Origin: a virus
Lineage: Duplodnaviria > Caudoviricetes
Reading direction: 5' to 3' (one strand)
IMG/VR virus record: IMGVR_UViG_3300011217_000001
Span: 96,001 to 160,000 of that record
Length of the DNA: 64,000 bases
A program made the position numbers and the translations under genes. Shown here piece by piece: positions 64,000-64,000 of the stretch (position 1 is its first letter; every line of letters starts with the position of its first letter). A model generated the notes under the pieces. The model was not told the origin of the DNA. It searched no databases and was given only the letters and a program-made list of their open reading frames with translations.

Positions 64000-64000
64000 G

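Noticed and set aside
1-64000. CRISPR array, tRNA, rRNA, IS element, reverse transcriptase or genetic-code reassignment
   Set aside because: No spaced direct repeats, cloverleaf or transposase/RT motifs seen by eye; genes are intact under the standard code and use TAA, TGA and TAG stops

Overview
This 64-kb window is a slice of a GC-rich phiKZ-like (Chimalliviridae-type) jumbo phage genome. Family calls come from motif recognition and gene order, not database searches. The first ~13 kb hold the conserved core block: 3' part of the portal gene, a non-virion RNA polymerase beta-like subunit, major capsid protein and DnaB-like helicase. A small virion/tail cluster follows at 15.7-19.4 kb. The remaining ~45 kb are mostly minus-strand, translationally coupled accessory genes driven by a recurring early-type promoter (TTTCA-N4-TAYATHAC) and punctuated by GC-rich hairpins flanked by TATG(C/T)C. 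Recognisable accessory products are dCTP deaminase, a MazG-like pyrophosphatase, a T7-lysozyme-type amidase, a SleB-type hydrolase, spanins, SspB, and CYTH, ATP-grasp and HslV-like proteins. The best leads are: (1) a possible phage proteostasis toolkit (SspB, a second unrelated protein with an SspB-type ClpX-binding tail, an HslV-like pair and an apparently inactive prohead-protease paralog); (2) two highly structured intergenic RNA candidates (2.9-3.1 kb and 54.65-54.9 kb, the latter with its own promoter, terminator and a possible pseudoknot); (3) a portal-ParB-like fusion and a CYTH fusion separated by head-protease sites; (4) a tandem IF2 N-terminal-domain mimic; (5) a degenerate stand-alone Hint domain; (6) a divergent paralog array; (7) a candidate immune-signal sponge fusion. 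No tRNA, rRNA, CRISPR array or IS element was recognised.
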